A stretch of DNA of 37,266 nt, from contig NC_068982.1 of assembly GCF_001194135.2 (NCBI RefSeq), positions 58,538,918 to 58,576,183 of the forward strand, written 5' to 3'. Numbering within the stretch: position 1 is the stretch's first letter; each line of letters begins with the position of its first letter. The notes under the pieces were generated by a model, which was not told where the DNA came from, did no database searches, and saw only the letters and a program-made list of their open reading frames with translations. Positions 11,745 through 23,392 of this stretch are shown here, piece by piece. Origin of the DNA: Octopus bimaculoides. Taxonomy: Eukaryota. A program made the position numbers and the translations under genes.

Positions 11745-11895
11745 ACCTTTTTTTTCTCTCCTTGTTTCTTTCTGTGGAAGAGTGTAGGCTCGAAATGTTA
11801 AAGATTTTTTCACTTCCCAAGCATTAAACTAATACATCTGTTTGTTGTTTACACCACCTGTCTTCATCTTTTGTTGTTTTGTGAATTCTCCCCCT
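11745..11895 (+). mobile_element. Penelope-type terminal repeat relic
   Basis: Contains ctgtggaa-gagtgtaggctc-gaaatgtt (hammerhead-like) in a T-rich context. Confidence 0.5.
11767..11804 (+). ncRNA. degenerate minimal type I hammerhead-like motif
   Basis: Stem I tcttt/aaaga, core CTGTGGA, stem II gagt/gctc with a GTAG loop, GAAA, and a minimal stem III ATGT (likely from ACGT) followed by T. Confidence 0.5.
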
Positions 11896-11908
11896 ATTTA
11901 TAAATATA

Positions 11909-12072
11909 TATATGTTTATATATAACGATGACCACTAGGTGGACATTTAATGTGCTCTTCTAGCACATTAAAGTTCTTTTGAGAACTATTAGGTCTTAGT
12001 AGACACAACATGTGATCTTCTTCTAGCACATTAAATGTCCACCTAGTGGTCATCGTTATATATAAACATATA
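11909..12072. repeat. 48-bp perfect inverted repeat with 68-bp spacer
   Basis: 11909-11956 is the exact reverse complement of 12025-12072. Confidence 0.95.
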
Positions 12073-12191
12073 CATTAATCCCCTAAGATCTCAGATATTT
12101 TTTTCTGAATCTCTCTGATTCTTTCAATGTGATAGCTTCCTGGTAATAAATCGATATTAATTAATATCTGATTTTTTACCCTATGTTTTAA

Positions 12192-12243
<52 letters not shown>

Positions 12244-12539
12244 GCACACACACACACACAAACATACAGGAACAAGCTTCATAAAGGTGAGCCTATTACA
12301 GAAATAACAGCATACAAACATAGTCCTAAAATACACATGCCAATAGTACAGAAGACATCACATATAATAAAAGGCCAAATGTCTATTACTCCTATGTTAC
12401 CTCACAGTAAGGCTGAAATATGAATGATTGAAATGTGTTCTCAATGAAATATTTCAAGAAGAAATCAGAGTAATTTGTTTTTAATAGACTTACTATGGGA
12501 CAGGTAATATATGACAAATATCCATAAGAAATCTATTGA

Positions 12540-15400
12540 AATGATGGTGACAGTTATTAACAATATAGACAGGGAATTATTTCTTCATTCTGGCAAATAA
12601 ATGCATGCTTACATGCCCTTTTCACAATCAGATGGTAATATCTTAAAATAAAATCAATGAACAGAAAAATACTTTTATGGATTATAGAAAACTGGGGAAA
12701 ATCATTGATCCATTGAAAACTACGAGTTATGTGATGATACTTATCAGATGCAAATGAAAATGAAAAAACAGAAAAAAGAAATATATTTAGAGATAATAAA
12801 AACAGAACGTTTGAATACAAATTGATGACCTTCAAACAGGAGTTTAAAACTACTTATGAAAATCTCTGTCATCAGAAGAGAGTAACAGAAAGAAAAATAA
12901 TAAATAAAAAGTTCAGTTGAAATCAATCAAATAAGGAGACAGTCTGTAAAAGTCACAGAAACCCCTTCTCATGAAGATATGCATTTATTCTAGAAAAAAA
13001 ATTTTAGAGAGAAAAAGGTGTTTAACGAGAATACAATGTGGCTAAAAGAAATCAGAAAGAAGTATTTTTCTTCATTATACCATAAATGCGTGGAGGCACA
13101 ATGGCCCAGTGGTTAGGGCAGTGGACTCGCAATCATAGGATCACGGTTTCGATTCCCAGACCGGGCATTGTGAGTGTTTATTGAGCGAAAACACCTAAAG
13201 CTCCACGAGGCTCCGGCAGGGGATGGTGGTGAACCCTGCTGTACTCTTTCACCACAACTTTCTCTCACTCTTACTTCCTGTTTCTGTTGTGCCTGTAATT
13301 CAAAGGGTCAGCCTTGTCACACTGTGTCACGCTGAATCTCCCCGAGAACTACGTTAAGGGTACACGTGTCTGTGGAGTGCTCAGCCACTTGCATGTTAAT
13401 TTCCCGAGCAAGCTGTTCCGTTGATCAGATCAACTGGAACCCTCGACGTTGTAAGCGGCGGAATGCCAACAACAACAACCATAAATTCAAAGTACTTTGA
13501 TACATTAATAGAAAAAGCACCAGGAAGAGATTACATTATTGGTTACTTATACAAAAAGTAAACTTATATCACAGATTATTTTATTGACTTTTACTAGCAA
13601 TCATGGAATGGTGATATAAATTTACAGAGCTGGCTGATATTGGTAGAAACAACCATGATGCAAAATAAATAAGCAAAAAGTAAACAAATAAATAAATAAA
13701 ATAATAATAGCTTAATTAATTAAAAAGCCACTTACGTGGTGAAAAACAACAGACTAATTTCAGATCAGAATTTAATTAAAAATCTATATGGCATATCTGA
13801 ATGCACTCCTCACATTATCATCACAGCTAAACAAAGCCATCACCCAGAAATTAAATATAAGAGGTGTTGCATTGTCACTGGAGGATAAATTATTATAGGG
13901 GTATATTTTAGGGAGAAAGCTTCTCTGAGACACTAGTTATAGTCACAATGTAATCTCTAATTTAAAAAAAAATTTTTTATTCTTAGCTGAGAAAAACCTA
14001 AAGTGGCGTATGTAACTAACCTGCAAAAGGGACAGAAAAATGCCAGACTGAGACATAGCTTCTTTGAAAATGGCATAAAACTAAATGCCAATTTACAAAG
14101 AAAAATTAGGAACGGCATGAAGATGAATCTTCACATGATTACGACATGCCAAAATAAAACAGAAATGGAGGTAGAGCATTAAGTGAAAACTAAAAACCGC
14201 TCAAGCAACATGTCTGTTCATGATCTATTTCTCTGATGGATGAAAGCCTTATCTTCTGATGTCGTTTGTAACAGGAAATGTAATGCTTGAAAAAAAGTAT
14301 TGTCCTAAGGTAAATTAATGGCAGACAATACTTTTGCTAGATAGAAAGCTAGATGAGATCTGAGCCACTGTTGTTAAACTATGAGAACTGTTGTTAAACT
14401 ATGAGACCTGAGCCATTGCTGTAAACTATTAAACACCACCAGAAATTTCAACAGCAATAGTGATACTGAGTGCATCTTCCTAAAAAAAAAAAAAATGAAG
14501 AAAATAGGAGGTAGAGGCTCAGTACTGATTCAAACAACATTCTAATGTCATGCATGTAAAAGATCCACTGATTCATGGATCAAATTGGCATACAAAAGGC
14601 AAATAACACCATGAAACCATTGCTTAACTGATGATGAAGGATACACATACAGAGAAGTTACAGCTCTGTAGTCAAAGAGCTTTAGATGAAAAGGTTTACT
14701 TTAATCAAAAGAAGATCAAGACTAGCAATGATGTAAGAACATCGGGGAGACAGTATATAGATAATAGAGTAGTCTATCAAAATTTATGAGTACATAGATC
14801 AATCTACAAACTAGTGTTCCTTAGATCTACATTAGCTCTCATTTTGAAGGGTATGATACTTTTACAACTCAGGAATAGGAAATAACAAATTATCTGATGT
14901 ATAGAAAAGAAAGGTATGCATGTAAAACATTGAGATATGCTAACTGATGTAGACTCTCTGGAATTTACACCAAAGATGCAAAAAAAAAAAAACCACCCTC
15001 ATTAGCAGTTGTCCAAAAATGCAACTATTTGTTCATGAGGCATGATATTGTGGTCAAAACAATATTCAATGCTATCTGCAGAAAGGGTAGTTTTGAAGAT
15101 AAAAATATAAGAAGTTGCAGTAAGGTAGAGGGCATACTCGTTCATTATATAAAAGAATGTTTGTGGAATGTTTTTGTTAAAAACCTCTTAAATAGAAACA
15201 TAACAGACCAGACATAATGATCTGTGACAAAGAAAAGAAAGCATATTCAGTGGTAGAAACCAATTGTTCCACAGACCTTAACATATGTTGAAGATAAAAT
15301 AAAAATAAAATATACATGCTGAGCTAATGAGAAATTTCTGATTATGTCTGAAGTTTTATACCGGAGACTAATGTTGAGAAGTTGGTCTTCACACAGCCAT
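12540..15400 (+). mobile_element. heavily degraded R4/Dong-type LINE (RT, CCHC and restriction-like endonuclease remnants), interrupted by a SINE
   Basis: Motifs occur in the expected order: FNENTMWLKEI (~13021), KAPGRDYI (~13515), LQSWLILVET (~13622), RGIF*GES (13897-13920), GGRG (~14507), CRL...ISSCPK (~14948-15020), RHDIVVK (~15038), NRPDIMICDK (~15202). There are many stops and frameshifts; boundaries are approximate. Confidence 0.8.
13088..13477 (+). mobile_element. full-length tRNA-derived SINE (family D) with (CAA)n tail and 9-bp TSD
   Basis: A box TGGCCCAGTGG, B-box-like GGTTTCGATTCC and a caacaacaacaa tail. The direct repeat ACCATAAAT lies at 13079-13087 and 13478-13486. Confidence 0.92.
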
Positions 15401-15688
15401 AAAGTACACGCTTAATAAAGGAATTTCAATTAAAAGCCAATCAATGGAATGAAAATATGTAAAATATTCTAAAAATTAAGGTTGTAATAAGTATGCATAC
15501 ATAAGAATAAATATACAAGCATATGCTTATATACATATACACACAAGCAATGACATGTGTGCATACACATGTATTTACAATTACATACATATGCCTGAAT
15601 GTATAATGCATACATATAACATTTATGCATCAGAACACACACACATATATATATACATATATACACACACACACACACACATGAGGAA

Positions 15689-15720
<32 letters not shown>

Positions 15721-17204
15721 CAAGTATCAAAAGAGGGGTACAACAAAATGAGGTTGTTGACTGTTTGCATAACTTGGAAATATGTACATATTTGGAGCTT
15801 TTACATTGGTTGTTGTATTAATTGCAGGACAATGACAAGGTAAAGTGCATGATTGCATAATGGTTCTTGTGTCATTATGTAATTATTTCTACATTTTGGT
15901 GAAACACGTGTATGTCCTATAAAGCATTGAATACCACACTTGCTTACTGCTTATTGTTTTTTTCCTATATGAAGCAAATACATATAAAAACAACAAAAGC
16001 CAAAGAGATGTTCACATCCACAGTTAATTTTATCAGATTGACACTCAAAGAGAGAAATATAGTTATAGAGCAAACTGTTAACATTTCAGGCACAGTCTTT
16101 CATTAAATATAAAAGGAAAATCAAAAGGCAGATCAAGAAGAGAGGAAAGGAGATACAATAGAAAAGAGAGCCTGATGAAAAACGCACAGGGGTTAGGTTC
16201 ACATGTTTGATCCCTGATTAACCAGAAATGTGTGTGGTAATTGTGATTTCAATGACAAGAGAGTGATGCAAGAGTGTATATTGGTGTTGGTGTGTGTGTG
16301 TGAAAGAGAGAGAGAGTGCATATGGGTGAGGTTACATATATATGTAATGTACATGTATATATATATATCGAGAAAATTATGTGGATAAACAAATTAGATA
16401 CATTAAATATATTAGATATAATAGTCTGGGTATGAAATACAAAATATGTACATATGTATACATGCAAAACGAGAGAAAACAAATGGTGGAGACTCTCAGA
16501 TGATGAATTTCTAAGTATAAATATATATATATTTATATTAATAGGTCCAACTTACACAGAGTGCAAACAATAGAGAAAATTAATGAGGAGGAAGAAAGGT
16601 GTTATAAGTCCCTTATATATACAAGTGTCTGTGTATGTGTGTGAGTGTGTTTGGCTAGTGAGATTAGCAGTGTATGTGTGTGTGCAATCATTTTTATGTG
16701 GGCTAGTGTCGAAGTGGTTGCATGTACATGTTTGTATGTGTGGGTGTAACTTAGTGCATAGTGTGGATAAGGTAAGCATATGTGCATGTGTCCATGAATA
16801 CAACAGTGGTAAGCAGGACACAGTCAAACTCGAAGCGTTTATTGAGAAGTCCTCTTCACCGTCACGAACAAAACACCTTTCCATAACAACTGACCATAAA
16901 AACCTAATTACCATCCCACTCAAAAGCACAGACTCAAAGATGATTTTAACCCAACAGAGACTATATAAAGGCAAAACTAACTCTGATGCTGGTTTAGCAG
17001 GGTGAAACTTCGAAGTCATTTCAACAACATTCTTGTATTAAGAATAATAAATTTGTACTCTACAAAAGTATAAAGTAACATATCAGATTAATGTAAAATT
17101 GCTTTTGCTATAACTGAACATAAAAGCAAACATTAATATGTGTGTGTGTGTGTGTGTGCACGCGCGTGCACACGTGCATACACACGCACACACAAATTTT
17201 TAGA

Positions 17205-17400
17205 GTGTCACTCATTATTACACTGCAACCATGTGGGATCAAAAAACTGACCTCAGTACTTATTTTTAAGCTAGTACTTATTCTATCAGTCTATTTTTCT
17301 GAACTACTAATTGTAAGGGATATAAAGAAACCAATATCAGTTGTCAGATGGTGAGTGGGGTAAAGAAACGCATACACACACACACATCCAATGAGCTTGT
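17205..17400 (-). mobile_element. SINE family A, 3' half, diverged
   Basis: ctagtacttattctatc and gttgtcagatggtg followed by (CA)n match 5945-6050. Confidence 0.6.
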
Positions 17401-17487
17401 CACAGTGTCTGTCTCACAAATTCATTGGTTGATCTATGTCTACGGTAGAAGTCACTTGCTCAATGTACTGCAAGTGACTTCTGGCAG

Positions 17488-17720
17488 AAACGGCGAGCTG
17501 GCAGAAATGTTAGCACGCCGGGCGAAATACTTAGCGGTATTTCGTCTGCTGTTACGTTCTGAGTTCAAATTCCGCCGAGGTCGACTTTGCCTTTCATCCT
17601 CTCGGGGTCGATAAATTAAGTACCAGTTATGCACTGAGGTTGATGTAATCGACTTAATCTCTTTGTCTGTCCTTGTTTGTCCCCTCTATGTTTAGCCCCT
17701 TGTGGGCATAAAGAAATAAG
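17488..17720 (+). mobile_element. tRNA-derived SINE (family B)
   Basis: Head ggcgagctggcagaaatgttagc, B box GAGTTCAAATTCC at 17561-17573 and an A-rich end. CpG-rich, so probably a young copy. Confidence 0.85.
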
Positions 17721-19224
17721 AAACAATGTGGTTACAAAGCAAACTTCTTAACCACATAGTTATACATGTATACTTTCTAACTCTTTAACTTGTTTCAACT
17801 TTAAAGCTGTGGTCATGCTGGGGCATCACTGTATACGTTTATCAGTGTAAATCAGTGTCAATGCTAAGTGGCATTTAGGTTACTTCTTTAATAGATATAA
17901 CTTGATGCAATGGCTTTAACCGTCCAATAAATAGAATTCAATAAAATTAGTTCCATGTGAGTTCAAAATGATTGTTTAACCACTAACAGATGATTGTTTA
18001 ACCACAGTGCTCTAACCACTAAGCCATGTGCCCTACAGATGGCATATTTGCTAACTGACTTGTAGACATTTGGCTAATTGCTGCAGAAACTTATGCCACT
18101 CACTGTGGAATTCAATGACTATTGCAATCCACAATCTCACTGACTATAATCTTGTATCTGTTGTCATCACAATAACATGTTTTGATTGTTTTTTGTTTTG
18201 TTAGTTACTACTCTCATCTCTTATTGAGATTTTCCAACTGGCTACTTTGCTTGTTGAATATCTTTGACTGATGGCCATTTTGTTTTCTATATATTGTAAG
18301 CTGGAATGGACTCTTCCTATCTCTCTAGCAGTCAAGTGTTCATGACTGAGGAGGGTAGAAATAGCCTAAAACCAAGCTGGTCTCACAATCCTGTTGTCCG
18401 CTGGAAGATAGTGGGGGTTCACTCCCCTCCCTGCTAGCAATATGTACAGGGTGCAGGCTGCACCTATAACTAGCTGGCAGAAGATGTGCTGGGGGTTAAA
18501 AAGGTAGTAACATCAAACAGCCATATTGATGTGGCAATTAAATTTACTTGTCATATATTTATATTTGAACTTCCACAGTTCTGTCAACCAACCAAATATT
18601 TTGTTGTTATAGATGTCTGCCCAAGAGAGAGAGAGAGATGAATCAACTCCAAAAACTAGTCTGACATTTTATTTACCAAGTCTGAAAGGCTGAAAGACAG
18701 AGCTGAATTCAACAGGATTTGAACCTACAATCAGAGAGCAGGGACAATGTGTTCTTTCTAATACTCTAATAGTTTGCCACCAAAGGCAGACATTCAGCCA
18801 AATAACAACAACAAAAAGGAAAAAAAAAAAGCATCATCAACAACAACAACAACTAAAATGAAACAAATTATAATTGTCCGTATCATTCATTCAAATCCCC
18901 TTTGCAGAGCCTGCTTTATACCACTGCAGAAATCTTCAACAGCAAGATCAACAACAATTACAATTACTAAAATAACCTAAAAGTGGAATTGGCCTTGTAG
19001 TTGCAGTGGTAGTAGTGAGAGTAGTGGTGGTGGTGGTGGCGGTGGTTTTGGTAGCAGTGGTTAATGCATTATACTGTATGTTTGCTGTCTCTCGAGAGCA
19101 GCATTTTTGCTCTCTTCGGACTGATAGGCTTGTTCTTCAGTTGTGCTTTTGATAAAAGAGCAACTACTGGTCCCACTACATATTTTTTTCTTTTGTTTCA
19201 TTTTAGCACCAAGATGTATCACAC

Positions 19225-19720
19225 ACACACACACACCTATTAATGCTATCACCATCACCAACACCACCATAAGCACTATTACCATCACCACGACCACCAC
19301 CACCATTGGCTACATTCGTATTTCACACCCTCCCAGTCTTACCCCACAATCAGGCAAAGCTTCCATTCCATTCTTGTCTATCCTTCATCCACCAGGACTC
19401 ATAACAGGAAAAAAAAAACCAACCCAAAACACAGAGGTGGTAGTGGTAGTCGTGGTGGTAGTGGTGGTGGTGGTAGTGGTGGTGGTGGTGGTGGTGATGG
19501 TGGTGGTTGATCGCAACGATAATGATGGCAATGATGGTGCTTATGATGGCAATGATGGTGCTTATGAGGATGATGATGATGATGACAACAGTGATGCTTA
19601 TGATCATGATGGTGGTGATGGTGGCAACAACGATGCTTATGATGAACGATGGTAATGATCATGGCAACGATAATGATGATGCTGATAATGATGGTGAACC
19701 TCATGATGAAGAAGAGGAAT
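19225..19720. repeat. (CAC)n, (GTG)n and (GAT)n low-complexity tracts
   Basis: Trinucleotide-derived sequence, including a 21-bp exact tandem duplication at 19522-19563. Confidence 0.85.
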
Positions 19721-20234
19721 ATAGATTATGAAGAGATCCTATTTATAAGTCTTAAGTCATCATAATCGTACATCTGAGACTTAACACACAGAATGCTAGG
19801 CTGGATGGCTCTATGCCTGTTTCTGCATGTGTACACATGAGTATATGTATGTTTTTTTTTGTGCCAATGTATATCTTTGTATCTATGTATATGTGTGCTG
19901 GCATGAGTGTGTATGCACTTGTCCATGTGTGTGTGGGCATATCTCCAAGGGTGTGCATATGCATATGTGGGGATGTACATATATCCAAGTGTGTGTATAT
20001 GTGTCTGTATGAATACATGTATGCTGTGTACATGTGTATGCATATTTTCAATTGTGTATGTCTGTGTGTGTGTGTGCCTGTAATTTTGTGTATGTACATG
20101 CTTTTGTTTGTGAATATGTGCCTGTGTGTGTGTCTATATTAATATGTGGGTATGGGTATGTGTGTGTGTGTGTGTGTAATGTATGTAAATGTACATGTAG
20201 TTTTTTGAGTATGTAAGTGTGTGTGTGGTTTTGT

Positions 20235-20430
20235 TTAGACTTAGATCAGTCTTGATTAAGCCGAATTTTTATTAAAAGCATTCCAGCCATGACCATCCCA
20301 CCTGTTTTGCAGGCACAGTACATACACCCAAGACTACTTTATCTAAGTTATGTGCTCTATTCTCAAATTTGAAAGCATGGTAAGAGACAAATTTAGCTGT
20401 CATTTCTATCAGGTCAAACAATTGCATAGA
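20235..20430. mobile_element. unclassified interspersed repeat (family E)
   Basis: Inverse-oriented homolog of ~36480-36650 (shared gtcatggctggaatg and cttaatca(a)gactga). Confidence 0.55.
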
Positions 20431-20497
20431 AGCGTCAATGTTGGCTCAATTGTTGCAATGGAAGTGTGTGTATATGTATGTGTATGTGTGTGAATGT

Positions 20498-20652
20498 GTA
20501 AAGGGTAAAAACCCCACTTTAGTCATGAATGGCCCTGGGATTGCACCTAGAAAGTTCCCCTCCAAGGAACAAATCCAGGCAGACTGTAAAGACATGAAAT
20601 GTTACTAAGCATTCTGTCGGATGTGCTAACGACTCCACAAGCTCGCCACCTT
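20498..20652 (-). mobile_element. SINE family C 3' fragment joined to a family B head fragment
   Basis: 20498-20585 matches 7985-8065; 20586-20652 matches the head of 17488. Confidence 0.65.
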
Positions 20653-20653
20653 A

Positions 20654-20684
<31 letters not shown>

Positions 20685-20721
20685 TCAATAATAATCCCTA
20701 TGATAATAATAATAATAATAA

Positions 20722-20838
20722 TAAAAGTGTTTTGCGTAGGATGTGTGCAGTGCCCAGTAGTGCAATTTTCTGAATATATATAACATACAGAAAATTGCAC
20801 TACTGGGCACTGCACACATCCTACACAAAACACTTTTA
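20722..20838. repeat. 51-bp inverted repeat (1 mismatch) with 15-nt loop
   Basis: 20722-20772 pairs with 20788-20838. Confidence 0.95.
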
Positions 20839-20944
20839 ATACAGTAACCATAAGAGCATCACAGAAAATTACAGCACATACCCAAGGCACACAGAGTTGC
20901 GCTCGGTAGTGAAGTGAAAACACATTATAAAAATAAAATTACTG
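20773..20944 (+). mobile_element. R4/Dong-type LINE extreme 3' end
   Basis: Reads NIQKIALLGTAHILHKTLLIQ* (stop 20845-20847), homologous to VQKIVLTGMPHVLRRALLL* at 22181. A ~100-bp UTR then ends directly in (AAT)n. Confidence 0.8.
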
Positions 20945-21002
20945 AATAATAATAATATCAATAATAATCTCAATAATAATAATAATAATAATAATAATAT
21001 GT

Positions 21003-21188
21003 AAGAAGGAATATATTCACAGACACGGCAGAGCTGGGACCTACATACACTGGAAGCTATGCCAACACTATGGAATAACAACAGAAAAAAGATGGTATAC
21101 GCACACGCCAGAAAAGTTCACAGAAAACAAGAAAGCAACCATACTCTGGGATATGCCAATACACACAGATAGAGAAATTAAGGCCAAT
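21003..21188 (+). mobile_element. R4/Dong-type LINE fragment between CCHC and endonuclease
   Basis: Stop-free frame KKEYIHRHGRAGTYIHWKLCQHYGITTEKRWYTHTPEKFTENKKATILWDMPIHTDREIKAN, broken just before the expected RPD catalytic motif. Confidence 0.85.
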
Positions 21189-21299
21189 GTCATGCACATA
21201 TGGTTGTGATGCATGTGCCTGATGTACCCTTGTCAGACGGGTAGTCATGATGGGCATACTGGGCTTCGCATATTTTACCCCAGTGTCACTTTGATGGCA

Positions 21300-22275
21300 A
21301 AAAATTTTCAAGTGAGTTTATGTGTAATACCCAGGTTGAGCAGCATGATGGAAGTGCAGCAACTGTAGTTGCAAAGAAGGTGAAATCAATTGCAAAGCAA
21401 AATGCATTTGAACAATTGACTGATAAGTGGGAACAAAAACCTCTGCATGGCAAATATGTGGCCTATAGCAAACAAGCTGATGTAGATCAGAAACACACCC
21501 ATCAGTGGCTACAGAGCTCAGGGCTTAAGGCAGAGAGTGAAGGCTTTATCTTAGCTGCCCAAGATCAGAACTTATTGACCCGGAACGATCAAGCCAATGT
21601 GATGAAAAATGGTACAAGCACAGTGCTGATACTTCCACAATGGGACCAAACCAGTGGACCACCTAATCTCTGGATGTAGAGTACAAATCAAGACACGACA
21701 GAGTTGGCCAATATCTACATTGGATAATGTGTTGGCATTATAAAATCAAAACTGCGGACAAATGGTACAAGCTTCACCCTGAAGCTGTAACTGAGGGAGG
21801 AAAATGTAACTATTTTTTGGGACTTCCCAGTATGTATAGACTGAACCATCAAAGCAAATAAACCAAATATTGCTGAGAAAGACCAAAACAGTAAAGTCTG
21901 TTTATTGATTGACACGAGCATAACCTGTGACCATAATATCTCGGCAAAAGATTTTGAGAAGCTCAGAAAATATAAAGATATGCTAATCGAAATCTAAAAG
22001 ATATGGCATCTGAAGATGTCACATCTTTACAATACCAGTAATTGTAGGAGCACTTGGAATGATCAAAAAAGGAACTGAAAATTATTTTTAAATGATTCCT
22101 GGCTTACCATCCATGCAAGACGTGCAAAAGATTGTTTTAACTGGTATGCCACACGTATTGAGAAGAGCATTGTTACTGTGAATTTTCTTTCCTTTTTACT
22201 CCCTTTATTTTATTTGCTTACTTTTTTCCCCTTTTTCTCTATCACAGGACTTTGTAAATAAACAACCTGGTGTGT
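21300..22275 (+). mobile_element. R4/Dong-type LINE 3' third (frameshifted)
   Basis: KWEQKPLHGKY...QWLQSSGLKAESEGFILAAQDQNLLTRN, DHLISGC, YKSRHDRVGQYLHW, KANKPNI, CLLIDTSITCD, IPVIVGALG, stop at 22179-22181. Confidence 0.92.
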
Positions 22276-22457
22276 TTATTTTAATGGCCTACCAATGTAT
22301 ACAGTACGTTTCTCTGCCCTAGGTATCAGGAAGACACTCGGCAAAAAATGGAAACAGAATTGAAAGAAGATGTTAATGAAAATAATAATAATACAATTTA
22401 ATATTTGTAGGTTGTAAGAGTAGAATTTTTTCTTTGACTTATGAGTGAATGAGTTCA

Positions 22458-22459
<2 letters not shown>

Positions 22460-22510
<51 letters not shown>
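22460..22510. repeat. (AAT)n microsatellite
   Basis: Pure array of about 17 units. Confidence 0.95.
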
Positions 22511-22513
<3 letters not shown>

Positions 22514-22855
22514 GATCAGTACATTATTTGTTAGACTTTGAAAACGCATTAATGTTTATAGTAACAAGCAGTGACATTGAACGAGACAATCTATTTAATA
22601 GCTATCTATTAATTCCATTAGAGGGCTCCCTGCTATACAATTTCTGTCATCATTATTACAACACCCATGATACACATTTAATTGAAGTCCCCATCATGCA
22701 CATTTAATTTACAGTGACCACAGGGTACTAGTTGTATACACTTGTAATAACTGTTTACGATGTATAATGACAGCTTCATAGAACATCTTATACAAGTTTA
22801 AAATTGGACTGACTCGTCTATGTCAAGGCAATAAGAAATTTCATAGTTAACACTT

Positions 22856-23088
22856 TTAACCCTTTAGTATTTAAACAGACCATATCAGACCAAAATATTC
22901 TACTTGTTTCATGTTCAAACTGGGTAGATCCGATCCAGCCTATCACACTGACCCTACAATGCCGTTCTAAAAATAAGCAATCACATCATTAAAGTATCAG
23001 AGCTACAAGATAATGCAGGATTAATTCAAAACAATGTGAATAAATAAAAATTACATTTGACAGAGTAATCCAAATGCAAATGAGTTAA
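22856..23088 (+). mobile_element. piggyBac-like MITE
   Basis: Flanked by TTAA at 22856-22859 and 23085-23088, begins CCCTTTAG, and has a degenerate right inverted end. A second partial copy lies at 6309. Confidence 0.6.
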
Positions 23089-23392
23089 AGAGTAAAGACC
23101 CCTTTCAGTCATGGATGATCCTGGGATTGCACCTAGAAAGTTACCTTTCAAGGCACAAGTCCAGGCAAAGATGTTAATGGAAGACCAGCAGTCACCTCTC
23201 CATATCACTGATGTTATCCAAGGGAAAGGCAAAGGCCAATAGAGCTTGGCTCCAGTGACAATGCAACTCATTTCTACAGCTGAGTGAAGTGGAGTGAACA
23301 TGAAATAAAGTGTCTCGCTCAAGAACACAACTCACAGCCCGATCTGAGAATCGAACTCACTACCTTATAATTATGAGCTCGACATTCTAACC
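23089..23392 (-). mobile_element. SINE family C
   Basis: Colinear homolog of 7978-8300. Confidence 0.85.

Noticed and set aside
13088-13165. tRNA gene
   Set aside because: It has A and B boxes but continues into a 390-bp body with tail and TSD, so it is a SINE head.
16552-17019. Overlapping ORFs on both strands with nearby GTAAG donor-like sites
   Set aside because: Half of each ORF is TG/CA repeat, I recognise no domain, and I found no consistent acceptor-donor pair.
19143-19731. Poly-Val/Asp/His ORFs
   Set aside because: Trinucleotide repeat translations on both strands.
20722-20838. Canonical pre-miRNA or stand-alone MITE
   Set aside because: The right arm is LINE coding sequence continuing into its UTR; the apparent AAT TSD is uninformative inside (AAT)n.
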